Assembly: GCF_006345805.1 (NCBI RefSeq)
Contig: NC_043000.1
Location: forward strand, 88,598,001 to 88,662,000
Origin: Octopus sinensis
Lineage: Eukaryota
Direction of reading: 5' to 3'
Length of the DNA stretch: 64,000 nucleotides
Below, in pieces: positions 1 to 13,235 of this stretch (the first letter of the stretch is position 1; each line of letters starts with the position of its first letter). Position numbers and translations under genes: made by a program. The notes beneath the pieces were generated by a model. The model did not search any database. It saw only the letters and a list, made by a program, of their open reading frames with translations, and was not told the origin of the DNA.

Positions 1-699
1 AAGCCCAGTTCATCAGGCTTTAGGGATATCATTATTTCTTTACAGCATCCACTTAGACGGTGAAACATTTGCGACAAGCATATCAAAGGTAGATTTGTAT
101 TAACTATGTCAGCTACTCGCTATCCTACTTTCGATGGCTGCAGAAAGCAAGTAACCCACTAGGCACGGTAATCTACTTCTACTTCTGCAATGTATCTGTC
201 TAATGTACCTCTTTCTTTAGGAGGATATAATTTTCATGTGTTTGTATTGATGGTTTTTAATCAAGGCTGAAGAGAAGACAATGACGGTAACAACGTCAGT
301 GGTGCACAGGTTTTGCAATGCTTCGAACAATCTGTTTGTGAGATTAATGCAGATAAAACTTAAAACTGGAAGGTTGAGCTGATAGCATGTAGGTGAAACG
401 GACAAGACTACTGTATATGACAGCCTTACATCCACTCAACACAAATTTCTCTGCAAGTAACGCTGTCGACATGACAAAAAGAATTCGCCAAATTTCCAGC
501 AACATCTATCTTTCTTCATAATCACAGTCCCTAAATTATAGTCTAGTGTGTCTAAATTTATGCCGGAATTTCAGGAGCCAAAGTTTCAATCATATGAAAG
601 CCTATGAAAAATAACGAATTCTTACTCACTGTTGCCTTCAATGTCGCCCCCTTCAAATGTTTCCTACTTTCTAAACTAGGAGAACAAATTTTACGACCC

Positions 700-1500
700 G
701 GCCAAAACATCTGTATATTATACGAGTTTGGTGTGGTCATTTGATACGTCACGATGCAGTACAGGCATGAATGGTGTAGTGCTTCAAAAGCATTCCCTTC
801 GTCGATTTATCTGTGATGATACACACTTGAATATATTTAAGCTGTATATGCGGTGAGCAGGACATTACTTGAACACAAGTTAAGTAAACCGGAAAAGAAA
901 ACGACAGTGCATATAAGCAGTGAATTATCCATACATACGTTGATATTGCATAGAAACTTTGATATATTCAATTCTTGCACAGTAGCTATACCTCCTGATA
1001 AATGATATTTACCATGAACACTAATATCAGTGTGGTTTTGACCAGTGAATGACCGGTGACAGCTGTCTTACAGATTATATTTGAAATAAGATGAAAGAAT
1101 AACTGTGCCTCTGAAGAGAATTCAGCTGCATGAAGGTTCTGGAGATTTAATATATGTTTCTAGTAATTAAGTGAATTAAGAAAGTGTTCTCAAAAACAGA
1201 ACACAATATTTACAACGGTATTGAACTCATAACCTATGAATAGTATATACTAGTACCTAAACCACTTGGCCAATTCTGTTCTTTGTTGATGTTAACACAC
1301 CGACCATCTGTTCTTCTAACCATTCATCGTTGCTTAATTGATTGGACCTGGCCCAAATAATCAAACCAATAGTAATTATATAAAGCAACAGGATGGTTGA
1401 GAGGCCACAAACGTTAGATTGTTGAAAAAAATGTATGATAAAAACAATGTATTGCAAATATTGTAGTAGTGATGCACGTCCTGTTTTACATTTTACTCTT
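700..1500 (+). mobile_element. Highly decayed piggyBac/PGBD-like transposase remnant (tentative)
   Basis: Manual translation across frameshifts gives motifs in piggyBac order: IR*KNN (~1085, cf. VRWKDN), WPILFFVDV (~1268) and a C-terminal Cys-rich KCMIKTMYCKYC..VMHV..CFTFY (~1430-1497, cf. PGBD3-type CRD). No TIR or TTAA end found. Confidence 0.35.
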
Positions 1501-2030
1501 TCAAAGCTAATATGCTTATTAGTGTAATTAACGGACGTAACATGTTCTGGTGGTATTTGCTTTCACAGAATATTGTGTTTTGGTATCATGTTCCTTTTGA
1601 AAGTGTTTGTTTTACGTGTTGAGAAAAATGAAAAAAAAAAACACGAAATACTTTCTCGCGGAAGCGTTACGCCTCTACTTGATAGACAACTAACAAACAT
1701 CCTTGTATGGATTATTGAATATGGAATAGGTGATACAATGAATCTGATATGAGGAAAGTAAGAGAATGTAAAGTAGCTAGTGGAACCGTTCTCTCCTTCA
1801 CATAACACAATTAAAGTAATATAAACTACCGAACCGTATGACATCGATTTTAAGTAGATACGATAACAAGTGGCTTAAAAGATATTCTGTCGAGAATTGG
1901 TTCAATTCTTATCCTCCAGTTCCACAGACCGCGCATTCTATATTACCATAAAAGATTTTGCAATTCTAGATATGCGTTCGTTGAATCACTAAATGAATGA
2001 AGAACTTGCATCGTTATAATTTACGAGTAA

Positions 2031-2264
2031 GGCGGCGAGCTGGCAGAAACGTTAGCACGCCGGGCGAAATGCGTAGCCGTATTTCGTCTGCCGTTACGTT
2101 CTGAGTTCAAATTCCGACGAGGTCGACTTTGCCTTTCATCCTTTCGGGGTCGATAAATTAAGTACCAGTTACGCACTGGGGTCGATATAATCGACTTAAT
2201 CCGTTTGTCTGTCCTTGTTTGTCCTCTCTGTGTTTAGCCCCTTGTGGGTAGTAAAGAAATATAC
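2031..2264 (+). mobile_element. tRNA-derived SINE, family A (long-tail variant)
   Basis: Pol III A-box-like tggcagaaacgtt and B-box gagttcaaattcc; many copies in the window; TSD aatttacgagtaa at 2018-2030 and 2265-2277. Confidence 0.9.
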
Positions 2265-3329
2265 AATTTACGAGTAAGTAGAATTTTTCCTCCTAATCTT
2301 TGTAACCGAAACACTTTAGATCGCATCTCTACTGGAGTTCAGAGCTATTATTTTCAGCAGATTACTCTCTAAAGTAATAGACGACAAATAGCCACATAAG
2401 AGTCATCATTACAATTAATTAAAGATGGAAAATATCAATATGGAAAGTTATAACAGTTCACAATGAAGAACTAAAACATTCCAAACAGATTGTACATTGA
2501 ATTATGCACAATCGTGTGTACCAAACTGTTTTTAACGGAAAGAAGCTTTTAGTTTCAGTGACAGAATGGTAGCGATGTGTTTCATGGAAACTAGTCCCAG
2601 TACAATAATCTTTATAAAGAAAATACATAAAAATTAATTTGAATAAAAAAGAAAAAAAACATTAATTTTTAGTGTCTCTTTAGTATTTTATCACGCACCA
2701 TATCTTTTTCTGAGATTTAATAGTACTACAGGATTAAGCTACAAGATTTTAGCACAGCATCAGGCTATTTTCTAAAGAAACTAAATTTCTATTTTATGGA
2801 GATTAGAATTTAATATTGAGTGAAATAGGATAAACAATATTACAGGAGTTTTTTTTATTCATTAATTAGTTTAGTTCACAGGCGAAAGAGTATAATATAA
2901 TTCTATTCACTATAAATCGAAAATTTTAAATTAGAAATTTTATTTAACATTGTTTTGTGACCATTGCTGAAATCATGTTTCGATTTCAGATTGAAAATCA
3001 TTTTCGTTACTTATGCTGTAATTAATCTTCATGGTGTCACCTAAATTTTCAAGTTAATCTTAATGCTGATCAAGAAGAAATTTTTTTTACAGGACTAGAA
3101 GTTGTTTCCTATAAAGTAGAACTCGCAACTGATTTCCGAGTATTCGCAGATGATTTCTATTTCTGTTCTATAGCAACTTCACCCTTTGTTTCTAATTATT
3201 TATGATTCTATTTTTCATGCGATCTTTCTGAGGGGCAGCTTATTCTCAATTTAGCTTTATATTTAAACTGAAGACTTAAATGTAAAAATTCTATTAAATA
3301 GTCGTCGCTGTTACTCTTTCCCCTCCTCT

Positions 3330-4372
3330 GTCATCAACCGCTCAGTCGAAGTCGACTCTCGGTCACTCGTTGGATCAGTGTGCTCCAGTCAGTTCTGTCC
3401 TGGGCCGCTTCTTTCAGATTGGCTATGTCCATTCCAGTATCACTCTTGATGGTGTCAAGCCAGCGGGTTCTTCGTCGGCCTCTTCCTCTCTTACCATTGG
3501 CCATTCCGAGCATGATGTCCTTCTCCAGGGATTTTCTCCGCATAATACGACCGAAATAGGCCAATCTATGCTTGGCGATCCTAGCTTCTAGCAATATTTT
3601 CAGCCTTATCTGCTTAAGAACTTCTCCATTGGTGAGCCTCGCTGTCCATGGAATCCGTAAAAGTCTTCTCCAACATCAAAGCTCGAATGCATTAATTCTC
3701 TTCTGGTCAGCTTTCTTTAGTGTCCAGGTCTCGCATCCATATGTTGCTATTGGGAAGACAATTTCATTCACCAATTTGCATTTGGTAGCGAGTCTGATGT
3801 CTCTACTCTTTCAGACTCTGTTCATGCTGACCATTGTCTCTCTGCCTAGTATTATCCGCCGTCTTATTTCTGGATTGCAGTCACCATCTCGATTTATTTT
3901 GGAGCCAAGGAAGATGAAATCATCAACCACTTCAATATCTTCATTATCGACCTTGATGCTGATGTTTGGTGTGGCTGCTGTTGACATGATCTTCGTTTTC
4001 TTAACATTGAGGTACAGACCAAATTTCTCACTCTCTTTCTTGACCAGCAGGACAAGATCCTCCAGATCCATACCACTCTCCGCCAGCAGGGTTGTATCAT
4101 CTGCATAGTGAAGGTTATTAATATTTCTTCCTCCAATCCTCACTCCGATGCTGCTATCCTCCAGGCCTGCATTCCTCATGACCTTTGCAGCGTACATGTT
4201 GAAGGCTGCTGGTGACAGGATGCAACCTTGCCGAGTGCCATTTCCAATCTCAAACCAATCAGTGTCGCCATGTGGTGTCCGTACTGTAGCCTCTTGGTTT
4301 TGATAGAGTGATCTAATAAGCTGGACAAGGTGTAAATGTGTTCCCATTTCCTCCAGACATTTTCTCATTTCC
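3330..4372 (-). mobile_element. 5'-truncated RTE-clade LINE (RT C-terminal half)
   Basis: ORFs 3811-4368 and 3334-3594 share one frame with RQGCILSP, HYADD, FIFLGS, YGCETWT, GRRRTRWLD motifs; two in-frame TGA at Trp positions; 11-bp TSD tcccctcctct at 3319-3329 and 4373-4383. Confidence 0.92.
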
Positions 4373-4516
4373 TCCCCTCCTCTAAGCAGGTTAAAATATC
4401 TACAACTATATCAGAATATAAAAATTCAGAAATTTTTTGGTGATCGTGTATTGTAACTCAAGACTATGAAAAGTAGTATATTTTTATAAATACATAAATA
4501 TCTAAAATTATCATGG

Positions 4517-4904
4517 AGGAAGGTGGAAAACTGTGACTATCCGAGTTTTTCTAAGGACGTGAAAAGCTTTTTCAGAACGAAAGTATTTTAAGTGAAACAA
4601 CACAATACATTTCCACGGACCTACCTGTTTTACAGCTCTCAACAACATCATTTAAAATAATACTGAGAAATTATATATACATACACACATGTATGTATAT
4701 ATATATATATATATATATACATATACATACATGTGTGTATGTATATATAATTTCTTAGTATTATTTTAAATGATGTTGTTGAGAGCTGTAAAACAGGTAG
4801 TTCCGTGGAAATGTATTGTGTTGTTTCACTTAAAATACTTTCGTTCTGAAAAAGCTTTTCACGTCCTTAGAAAAACCCGGATAGTCACAGTTTTCCACCT
4901 TCCT
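4517..4904. repeat. Near-perfect ~390-bp fold-back (inverted repeat) with (TA)n centre
   Basis: aggaaggtggaaaactgtgactatcc... (4517) is the reverse complement of ...ggatagtcacagttttccaccttcct (4904); only a few mismatches. Confidence 0.95.
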
Positions 4905-4905
4905 A

Positions 4906-4947
<42 letters not shown>

Positions 4948-5075
4948 CATATATATAGAGAGAGACATATATATATGTGTATATGTACATACATATATAT
5001 ATATATATACATATATATATATGTATATATATATATGTCTCTGTATGTGTGTATATGTATGTATGTATGTATATG
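4905..5075. repeat. (TA)n/(TATG)n compound microsatellite
   Basis: Directly visible. Confidence 0.95.
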
Positions 5076-6339
5076 AGGATATCTACATTTTGACATATAA
5101 AGAATACATTGTTTCTTTGGATATAAAACATGCGTCAACATTTACTTTGAAGAAAATGTACTCAATCCTATTATAAGTTATTTTAATACATTATAAAACG
5201 TATTAGCTTTATAAAAAGCAGATAATGTACTGCATCTGAGCGTATAAACCGTTTATAGAAAGAAAAAAAGTTATTTTTGTTCTTATTAAATGTATATTTA
5301 TATATTGCAAAAATACACGTAGCAATCGGTACGAATTCATAGAAGATTGTGTGTAATTTATTTTTTTTACCTCTCTGGTGAATCATTTCTTTACATTATA
5401 AATAAAGAACCAAATAACTCTTATTTGGATTTGAGAATATGACAAAAATATCTCCCTGATTATTATTACATTGGGGTGAAATTTCTCTGTTAAGTGAATT
5501 CATGTTATGGTCGCTGTCCATTGGCTATGTCTTAAGTTTCTTTAATGTTTCTTGAACAGGACTGTAGACCTCAGTTACAGCCGAGAGAGTGTCCGGACCA
5601 CTTACCACATGAATGACGTTCTTGCGCCATTTCTATTCTTCATTTGCTGATATCACAAGCTGTAACATTAATAATTTTTAAGATAACCCATCAGTATAAC
5701 ATAACGTATCATAGGTGAACTAGAATTTGTCCGTCATAACTAAGTAAAATTTCAAAGTATACTTTTGCAAACAACGGTAATATAAGGAAACATGGTATTC
5801 ATACAATAATTTGAATTTAAGCTCTATCAAATTAGTCGGTGATTATACAAAATGAATATTAACTTCCAAAAGAAAAATATTTATTACTTTAAAATAGAAT
5901 GAAATAAAGCAAGTTTTTCAGTTGTATATCTGTGATAAATATACGGTATTGTTTTTCTAAACTTTATCAACATAATTACAATGTATTTTATCGAAAACCT
6001 ATCTCAGCGAGATTTCATTAAAAAATATGTATTTTTTCGAAAGATATACGATACTCATCTCGCACGTCTTATGCTAATTTTCTATGTATCTTTCTTTTGC
6101 TCTCTCTTGCTCTCTTCTCTTCTCACAACACGATGTCAAGCGTGATTAAGGAAAACAACCAACAAAAACCAACCAACGTTCATGTATATCGGCTATTATC
6201 AAATATAAACGTAACATATTCTATTTCTCTTCTTGCCTAAGTTTCGAAATAATTTGAAATATTTTATTCTGGCTGTATGATTAGGAAGCTTGCTTTGCAA
6301 GTACGTGCATTTTGGTTTAATCCAACTACGTAGCACCTC

Positions 6340-6720
6340 GAACAGGCCGGCCAATGCTTCATTAATGAATTTGATAGACAGAAACTGTGTTGGAAACCCA
6401 CCGCGTGTGTGTTTGTGCATGTGTCGTGTGTGTGTTTGTGCATGTGTGCGTGTGTGTGTATGTGTATGTTTGCGTGTATGTGTGTGCATGTGTGTGTATG
6501 TGTGCGTGTATGTACGCGTGTGTGTGCGTTTTATCTTCCACTATCGATTGACAACCGGTGTTGGTTCCTTTATGACCCCGTAATTTATCATTTCGGTAAC
6601 AGAAACCCATAAAATAAGAGCCAGATTTTGAAATAAGTACTACAGTCCATTGCTTTTCAACTAAAACCGTTCAAGGTTGTGCTCTTGCATGACCACAACC
6701 CAACGACTGAAACATGTAAA
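6340..6720 (+). mobile_element. Decayed CORE-type SINE, family B (5' part missing)
   Basis: Similar to 25751-26164 (gacaaccggtgttgg, aataagtact, gactgaaacatgtaaa) with internal (TG)n. Confidence 0.7.
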
Positions 6721-6819
6721 GGTGACACGAAAGAATTTGTGTTCACATTTAGATATTGTCTAACTTTCACTATAAATTGTAAATAAAGAAAAGATTTAAA
6801 AAGTAATTGTTTTGCAATT

Positions 6820-7030
6820 TTTGGCACAAGGTCAGCAGTTTAAAGAGTAGCGTGTTAGTTGATTACATCGACCCCACATTTGATTGGTTCTTAGTTTTAA
6901 TGACTTCTATAGGAGGAAGCATAAAGTTGGCCTGAATGTAATTTGTACTGAGGACGTAAAAAACAGGAAGAAATGCCACTGAGAATGTTTGTCCAACGTG
7001 TTAATGATTCTGGACGCTCACCGCTTCATA
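6820..7030 (-). mobile_element. Decayed SINE family A
   Basis: Reverse complement similar to 2031-2264 (gattacatcgacccc ... ctcaccgc). Confidence 0.6.
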
Positions 7031-8160
7031 CAAAGGTAGTATCACTATATCAATCAATTATCTTTCAAAGAATCAGATTCAGGTGAACGGTACAATTATT
7101 GGTGCATGGTATTAATGTCTTAATGTGTAACAAGCATACACTCGTTAATTACTTCTTGAAATCTGCTTAGGTTTCTATGTGATACCGCTTAATAAAATTA
7201 ATGTCAGAAATATAAGTGAACCAAAAGGATTAAACATAATTCTGCCACGACGGCAGATTCTATTTCACCCGTTGCCACTTCACATTTTAGAAAAATCATC
7301 CAAACTTCCGTCTCATAGAAATGATGCGACGAGATGATCATGGTATATGCACTTTTGATTATGCATCAGCTCGATCGGGTTTGACTTGGGGCCAAACAGC
7401 CATTGAGTCTACGCATGAAATCAATGCTTAAACCAGATGCCATGGAGTTTCTGTTAATAATAACAAAACTAAAACATAACAATTGCTATATTTTTTTATC
7501 TGACATTATAATTAGCGTTACACTTATCAAAACATTTTTTCTGATACAAATTTGTGAAGGCAAATGAAAAATATAATACTAATAATAAACGGAATTCATG
7601 AAAGTTAAATTGAAGTAGACATAATATTCGAATGTTTTTATTTTATATTTCTCATTGCAGCAGTCAGTTCACTTCTGGTTTTCCTCACTGAATTCTAAAA
7701 TTAAACAATAAGTTGAATGAAGAGAAAATTAATTACAATTTCAACTTCTATAAACTAAAGTAAACTCAATATCTCACAGGACATAAACAACACAGGATGA
7801 CAATTTAACAGAATAACTGCAATTTAATGTAATGCAATTGCCTAGGAGGAGAATTAAGAGAATAAATAGAACGCATTAAAATGATAGAACAAGCTATTTG
7901 CCAAAGCAAAACAATTATTAAGTCCATTATATTGTCAAATGCCCAAATACATTCGAACACAGGCACACAAACATATACAGGAATATATGCCGCTTAGGTA
8001 TTCATGCAACCATCAATGCTGTGCATGCGTGTGGGTACACACGTGTTCGTGTGTGTGGGAATTGCGTTTCATAGAATAATTCATTTCCTTTCGTGTTGAA
8101 GCTTGTGAAATAAACCAAATTTTAAATATTTATATGTTTATATATATGAATGTCTGTGTG

Positions 8161-8226
<66 letters not shown>

Positions 8227-8644
8227 TATTGGGAGCTTGTAATACAAAAGAATGCTTTAAAACATTTGAAAGCAGGTTTTAGTTCGCATATATGAATATC
8301 ACTGCTGATAAAGCAGTAAAGCTGCAACATCCGACTTCTCTTTTATATGAGAATCAACAGAATTTCGCCTACATAAGCATAAGCAACATAAACATACTAA
8401 CCAAAACAACCGGCATTGTTAAGCTTTTTTTAAAACTAGTAATTTTCAGTGAAATTGTGTATCGAATATTTCAAACCCCTACCCCTCACCACCACATACA
8501 TATAGTTACGGTATATTCTGTAAAAAACGTAGTAGAGTACAGTATAGAGCTCGTCCACCTTCAGATTTATCCTGTGCTATCCAGTAGTAGTATTACCCGT
8601 ACTTCCATGTTGCGTTTGGGCATCTGTGGTGTGTGAATAGGTAA

Positions 8645-9096
8645 CTGAAAAACACTCACAATGAAGTTTTATTTCTTGTCTTACAAGTGTTCAATGTGGC
8701 CACCAACTGCAGTACGGGCAACATTAATGTTATAAGAGAATTCCTCCCAGGACCGTAATAGCATATCACGATCTAGTGAGTACTTCTTTGGCTGTCTCGC
8801 TCAATGCTTTATCGAAGTTTTTCTATTTCCCTTTAATGTCAATATCTTCTGGAATCACATCAAGCAAAGCAAATTTATTCTTTAGTTCCATAATGAACTT
8901 GATTTCGTTATGCTGATACGCGTTTGGGAGGAATTCTCTTATGGCATTGCTGTTGAACACTTGTAAGACAGCAAAGAAAAGTTGATTGCGAGTAAATACT
9001 TGTGACTTAACTGGAGTTTTCTATTGCTTTTCCGTATTAAAATATTGCGTAATGAAATCGGATCCTTCATTTTCAATCATTCATTTTCAATTACCT

Positions 9097-9100
<4 letters not shown>
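8645..9100. mobile_element. Tc1/mariner-derived non-autonomous remnant with internal inverted duplication
   Basis: Minus-strand GGHIEHL* transposase C-terminus (~8680-8705); ttgtcttacaagtgttcaa and ataagagaattcctccca recur inverted at 8925-8972; ends in caattaccttgTA next to (TA)n. Confidence 0.55.
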
Positions 9101-9163
<63 letters not shown>

Positions 9164-9166
<3 letters not shown>

Positions 9167-9507
9167 GAATTAGCGGTTATGCAACCATCTCAGAGATAAA
9201 TGTATCCGTAGGCACAACTGGTGTACTACCTAATATGTATAAGGCTTGCTATAAGGTTAACAGTACTTGGTAATTTTAAAAGGTAAACCGTGGTTTAATA
9301 TATTAAGATATGAGTAGAAATGGAGCAACAATTAACAACTACATGACCATTGGTATTAAATGGTCATAATTTAAATATAAATAAATAACATTTACAGCTA
9401 TTTCAGTTTGTTATTTCAACTGTAAATAAACCATAATCATTTAATGCCATTGATCAACTTCTAATTGTTAGTTGTTGCTCTATTTCTCCTCTTATCTGAA
9501 TACATAT
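9164..9507. repeat. PLE-type terminal repeat with degenerate fold-back (9301-9502) beside (TA)n
   Basis: agatatgagtagaaatggagcaacaattaacaac pairs with aattgttagttgttgctctatttctcctcttatct; half-hammerhead GAAATAGCTGTA on the minus strand at ~9393-9404; (TA)n at 9099-9163. Confidence 0.65.
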
Positions 9508-9889
9508 ATGTATTATATAAAATTCCTGCGCAAGGCCGGAGCAATGCAAAATAAACCCAAGGTAAATCACAAGAAAAAATGCATATGAATTATTGGTAAC
9601 TTACCCTAGGAATTAGCAAATGTTGCAGATGTACATGTGTGAAAGTGTGTAGGGAGAAGACATGCGTGTAAGGTTGTTGCTATAGCAACTAACTAGCTTC
9701 ATGTAACTCTCTTCTGATGTTCATAGTTTGCTCCTGTTGGTGTATTAATATGGCTTCGGAGATTCTAAGGTTGCCTCTATTGTGCTGTGTTGCCCTGATG
9801 TACACTCTGAACTCTCAGTTCTGTCATATGTGTAGATGTTTCTTCACGGAAGTGTCTGTCTGTATGTGTTCTTTTATGTGTATGTGTAG

Positions 9890-11930
9890 TTTTTTGTTGT
9901 GCTTCCTATGTAGGATGCACCACATTTACCGCGGCTGACTTTGTATAAAACATAGGTCCTCTGGCACCTTTTGGGGTACTTGATAAGGCAATTTGATAAG
10001 GTGCACACCTCGATGTTACGAAAGGTGCTGTTCGTGTTCTCAACTTTTCTCAGGGATGGACCAGTGTGTATTATTTGAATGACGAGTCCCTCTCTGCGGA
10101 CTGCGTGTTTTATCGCAGCAGTAATTCTGCCATCAAAATATGGTAGCTTTAGGAAGTATTTGCCGGACTTGGGAGTATGAGGGTTCTTCCGGAGTTTATT
10201 CGCCCTGATGTTCTTTAGGTGCTGTTGTTTCGCTAAAGATTGAAGGTTAGGTCTTTGAGGAACGTCTTGGTGTTGGTAACTTTGTCAGCCATTTCGCTGC
10301 ATTTGTTGCTTATTCGTGCAATCTCGTTTCTCATGTATGTTGCTTTGGCTCTGGTGGGTAGGGTTGACTGGTAGTGGATGAAATTTTTCTGCTAGCAGCT
10401 TTTCTATAGAAGTTAGTAAATATGGAGCCTTCATCTGTGATCCTGCGTTGAAAGTCGAGCAGGGAGAGGGATCCGGACTTGTCTGGATGTTTGATCTTGA
10501 ATTTTATGTGTATGTCGGTGTTATTGTCGGTGTATGTTAATGGCGTCGGCCCCAGAGGATGCGATAAGGATATCACCAAGATATCTTGAGAAGAATATGC
10601 ATGTGTGGCAGGTGTTGAGTGTAGTGAGTTCTAACTTATTCATGTACGTCCTGAAAGGCTAGATCCCATTGATAGGCCAGAATTCTGTTTGTAAATCACA
10701 CCGTTGTATTGAAAATAAGTGTGTGCGAGAGTATGAGGCCGAAGAGCTGGAGGTAGATGGATGGAGAGGCGGGAGAAAATGAAAGGGAAGATGGAGAGGA
10801 AGAGGTTATCGTGGAGGGAAGAGGAGATGAAGAAACAGATATGGAGGTAGAGGATGTGGAGTGGAGAGATAAGAATATGAAGGGTGTGATGTGGTCTGTA
10901 GGATATCGACAGTCGGGAGGGCAGGTACGGAGGTGTAAATGAAACTACGTCTAAACTGAAATAGTATTTGTTACTTTTGAGTATGAAGGGATCAATATCT
11001 TTGACTCTTTGAAGATTTCGTGCGAACTGCTGACGTGTCTGGAAAATGCGTGTAATAAAGGCTTGAGAAGTTTAGAAAGATCCAAGATCTTCATACTCCA
11101 AGATCTTATAAAAAGGACGATTAATTCCTGATACTATGGGTCTCTAATTTTAAGCTTAGATCAGGGTTTGTGGGTTTTTATTACATGATATAAGGATGGA
11201 AGGATAGTGTTTTTGGATATGTAGTCAAGTCTAGTCTTCTTAGAGGGTTTCATTTTGTTACAAATGTTGGTCCAGCTGGTGTTGATAGTGGACTCCAGTT
11301 TGTTTGGTGTGATGTATAAAGTGGTCTCGTTGAGGCGTTCGATAGCTAATTATAGGTGAGTTTATCTATGACGTAAAATTATTTCCTTTTACCAGAAGAT
11401 AGGAAGAAGAGGTTTTTGGCTCTTAAGTTTTGGAAGGTAAAGAGTTGGGATCTAGTAAGTTTGCATGATGATGAAGCGCGTTTATCTAATATGTTCAATA
11501 TGGATTGTTTTAGTCTAGCGAGTATATTATTGAGTTCAGGGTTGTGGGGGAGGAGGTTGGCATGGGTTGTTGGGATGGTAGACGGGGAATCTTAGTGCAG
11601 TGGAGGTAGGGTAAAGAGATTGGGGTTGGGGAGGTGGAGGGAAAGGAGGATGTAGAAAAATGAAGAGTAGGTGATAATGATGACAATGAAGATGGTATAG
11701 ACGACGGTGATGAAGATGAAGATGTAGATGATGGTGGGAGTGACGTCGACGGTGACGACGACGTCAGGGAAAAAGATGTCAACGATGACGATAAGGACGA
11801 AAAGTATGTTGGGTATGGGGTGGAGGGGAGATGTTTAAAGGTCAAGATAAATTTTAGTTGATAGGCTGCCTAACAGAACTTGTCTCCATATCCAGTTTAA
11901 ATTTGTCATTGAATTGCTGGTTACAGACAG
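9890..11930 (-). mobile_element. Decayed Penelope-like retroelement (RT + GIY-YIG)
   Basis: Minus-strand translation: PSLYHVIKTHKP..IVSG (~11130-11200), HTYFQYNGVIYKQNSGLSMGSSLS (~10650-10730), LSLLDF..TNFYRKA (~10395-10470), GKCGASYIGST (~9898-9930). Confidence 0.85.
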
Positions 11931-11944
11931 GATAGGTCTGTAAA

Positions 11945-12295
11945 CAGGGCATCTATGGTTATGAACTTCTATAGAAAAGCTGCTAGCAGAAAAGTTTTTA
12001 TCAACTACCAATCAGCCGTACTCACCAGAGCCAAAGCAGCATATGTGGGAAACGAGATTGCACGAATAAGCAACAAATGCAACAAAGTGACTGGCAAAGT
12101 CACCATCACCAAGCAGTTCCTCAGAGACCTAACCTTCAATGGCTATCCGCCATCTTTAGCGAAACAACAGCACATAAAAAACATCAAGGCAATTTGATAA
12201 TGTGCAGAGGACAAAATGTAGCAGAGAACCTATGTTTCATACAAGGTCATCTGCGGCAAATGTGGTGCATACTACATAGGAAGCACAACAAGAAA
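11945..12295 (+). mobile_element. Inverted, internally deleted copy of the 3' part of the same PLE
   Basis: aacttctatagaaaagctgctagcagaaaa (11964) mirrors ~10385-10415; aaatgtggtgcatactacataggaagcacaaca (12258) mirrors ~9897-9930. Confidence 0.85.
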
Positions 12296-13197
12296 AGTAA
12301 AATGTTCTTAAGAATATAAGAAATTACAATAATTTCAATGTCATGATCAGCAAAAGCGTGATATATAAAATATATTACGAATTTGTATGTGTATTTTCCT
12401 TCTTTTATTTTTTATATATTTTTTTGCTATACAGGCATATATGCATACACACACACATATATATATACACGTACATACACATAATGTATAAATATATATA
12501 CATATACAATATACTTGTATATATACATATACATATATATCTTTCTATATTTATACATGTTTGTTTATATATTCACGTATGTATGTACATACGTATGTCT
12601 GTATGTATGTACGTATATACGTACGTACGTGTGTATGTATGTATATTTAAACAACATGCATTAATTAGCGTCTCTATTTGAAACCATCTGCTTTTGAGGT
12701 AGCTTCTACTGATCGTCACTTTAGGTAAACATCTACTGTGCTTTGTGTTAACCAATGCTATCAAAACGGAATTTGGTTGCTCGAAATTGTGTGGAAGATT
12801 GCTTTTTACACGTGTGAGTGTGTGTGTGCGTGCGTGTATGTGTGTGTGCTTGTGTATGTAAGTGTATGCTTATGATCAAATCGTGCATTCGCATTTGTAT
12901 GTCCCTGTGTATGTTGATGTGAAAAATATGCGTCTAGTTCTGTCCCTTTACACCCAGTATGCATCCCTTCTACTCGATAAGCAAAGATAGTTGAAATATT
13001 TAGTAGACTAACGTATGTACTGGAGCGGATATGATAAAAAGTTCTCTATTGCAGTTACATGACAAGACTCAAACCATTAAGAGATAATGGAATTTTACGA
13101 AATATTGCGTGTATATTTTTATATCTAGTTGGTTGCATATAATACACATTAAACAAAATCAGTGTGGTAAGCACGGACTACATACGCTCAGACACAG

Positions 13198-13235
<38 letters not shown>

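Noticed and set aside
1257-1457. SNVCGL motif resembling a Maverick/adenain protease
   Set aside because: No catalytic His/Asp context; the opposite strand fits piggyBac better.
3572-4108. 178-aa plus-strand ORF, and the plus-strand ORFs over 52397-56961
   Set aside because: Antisense shadows of the RTE and Tx1 coding frames with no recognisable motif.
4830-5141. Many ORFs rich in YI/HT/CV (also 6199-6612, 29043-29310, 30376-30911, 44344-44643, 50070-50587)
   Set aside because: Translations of TA/CA/TATG microsatellites, not genes.
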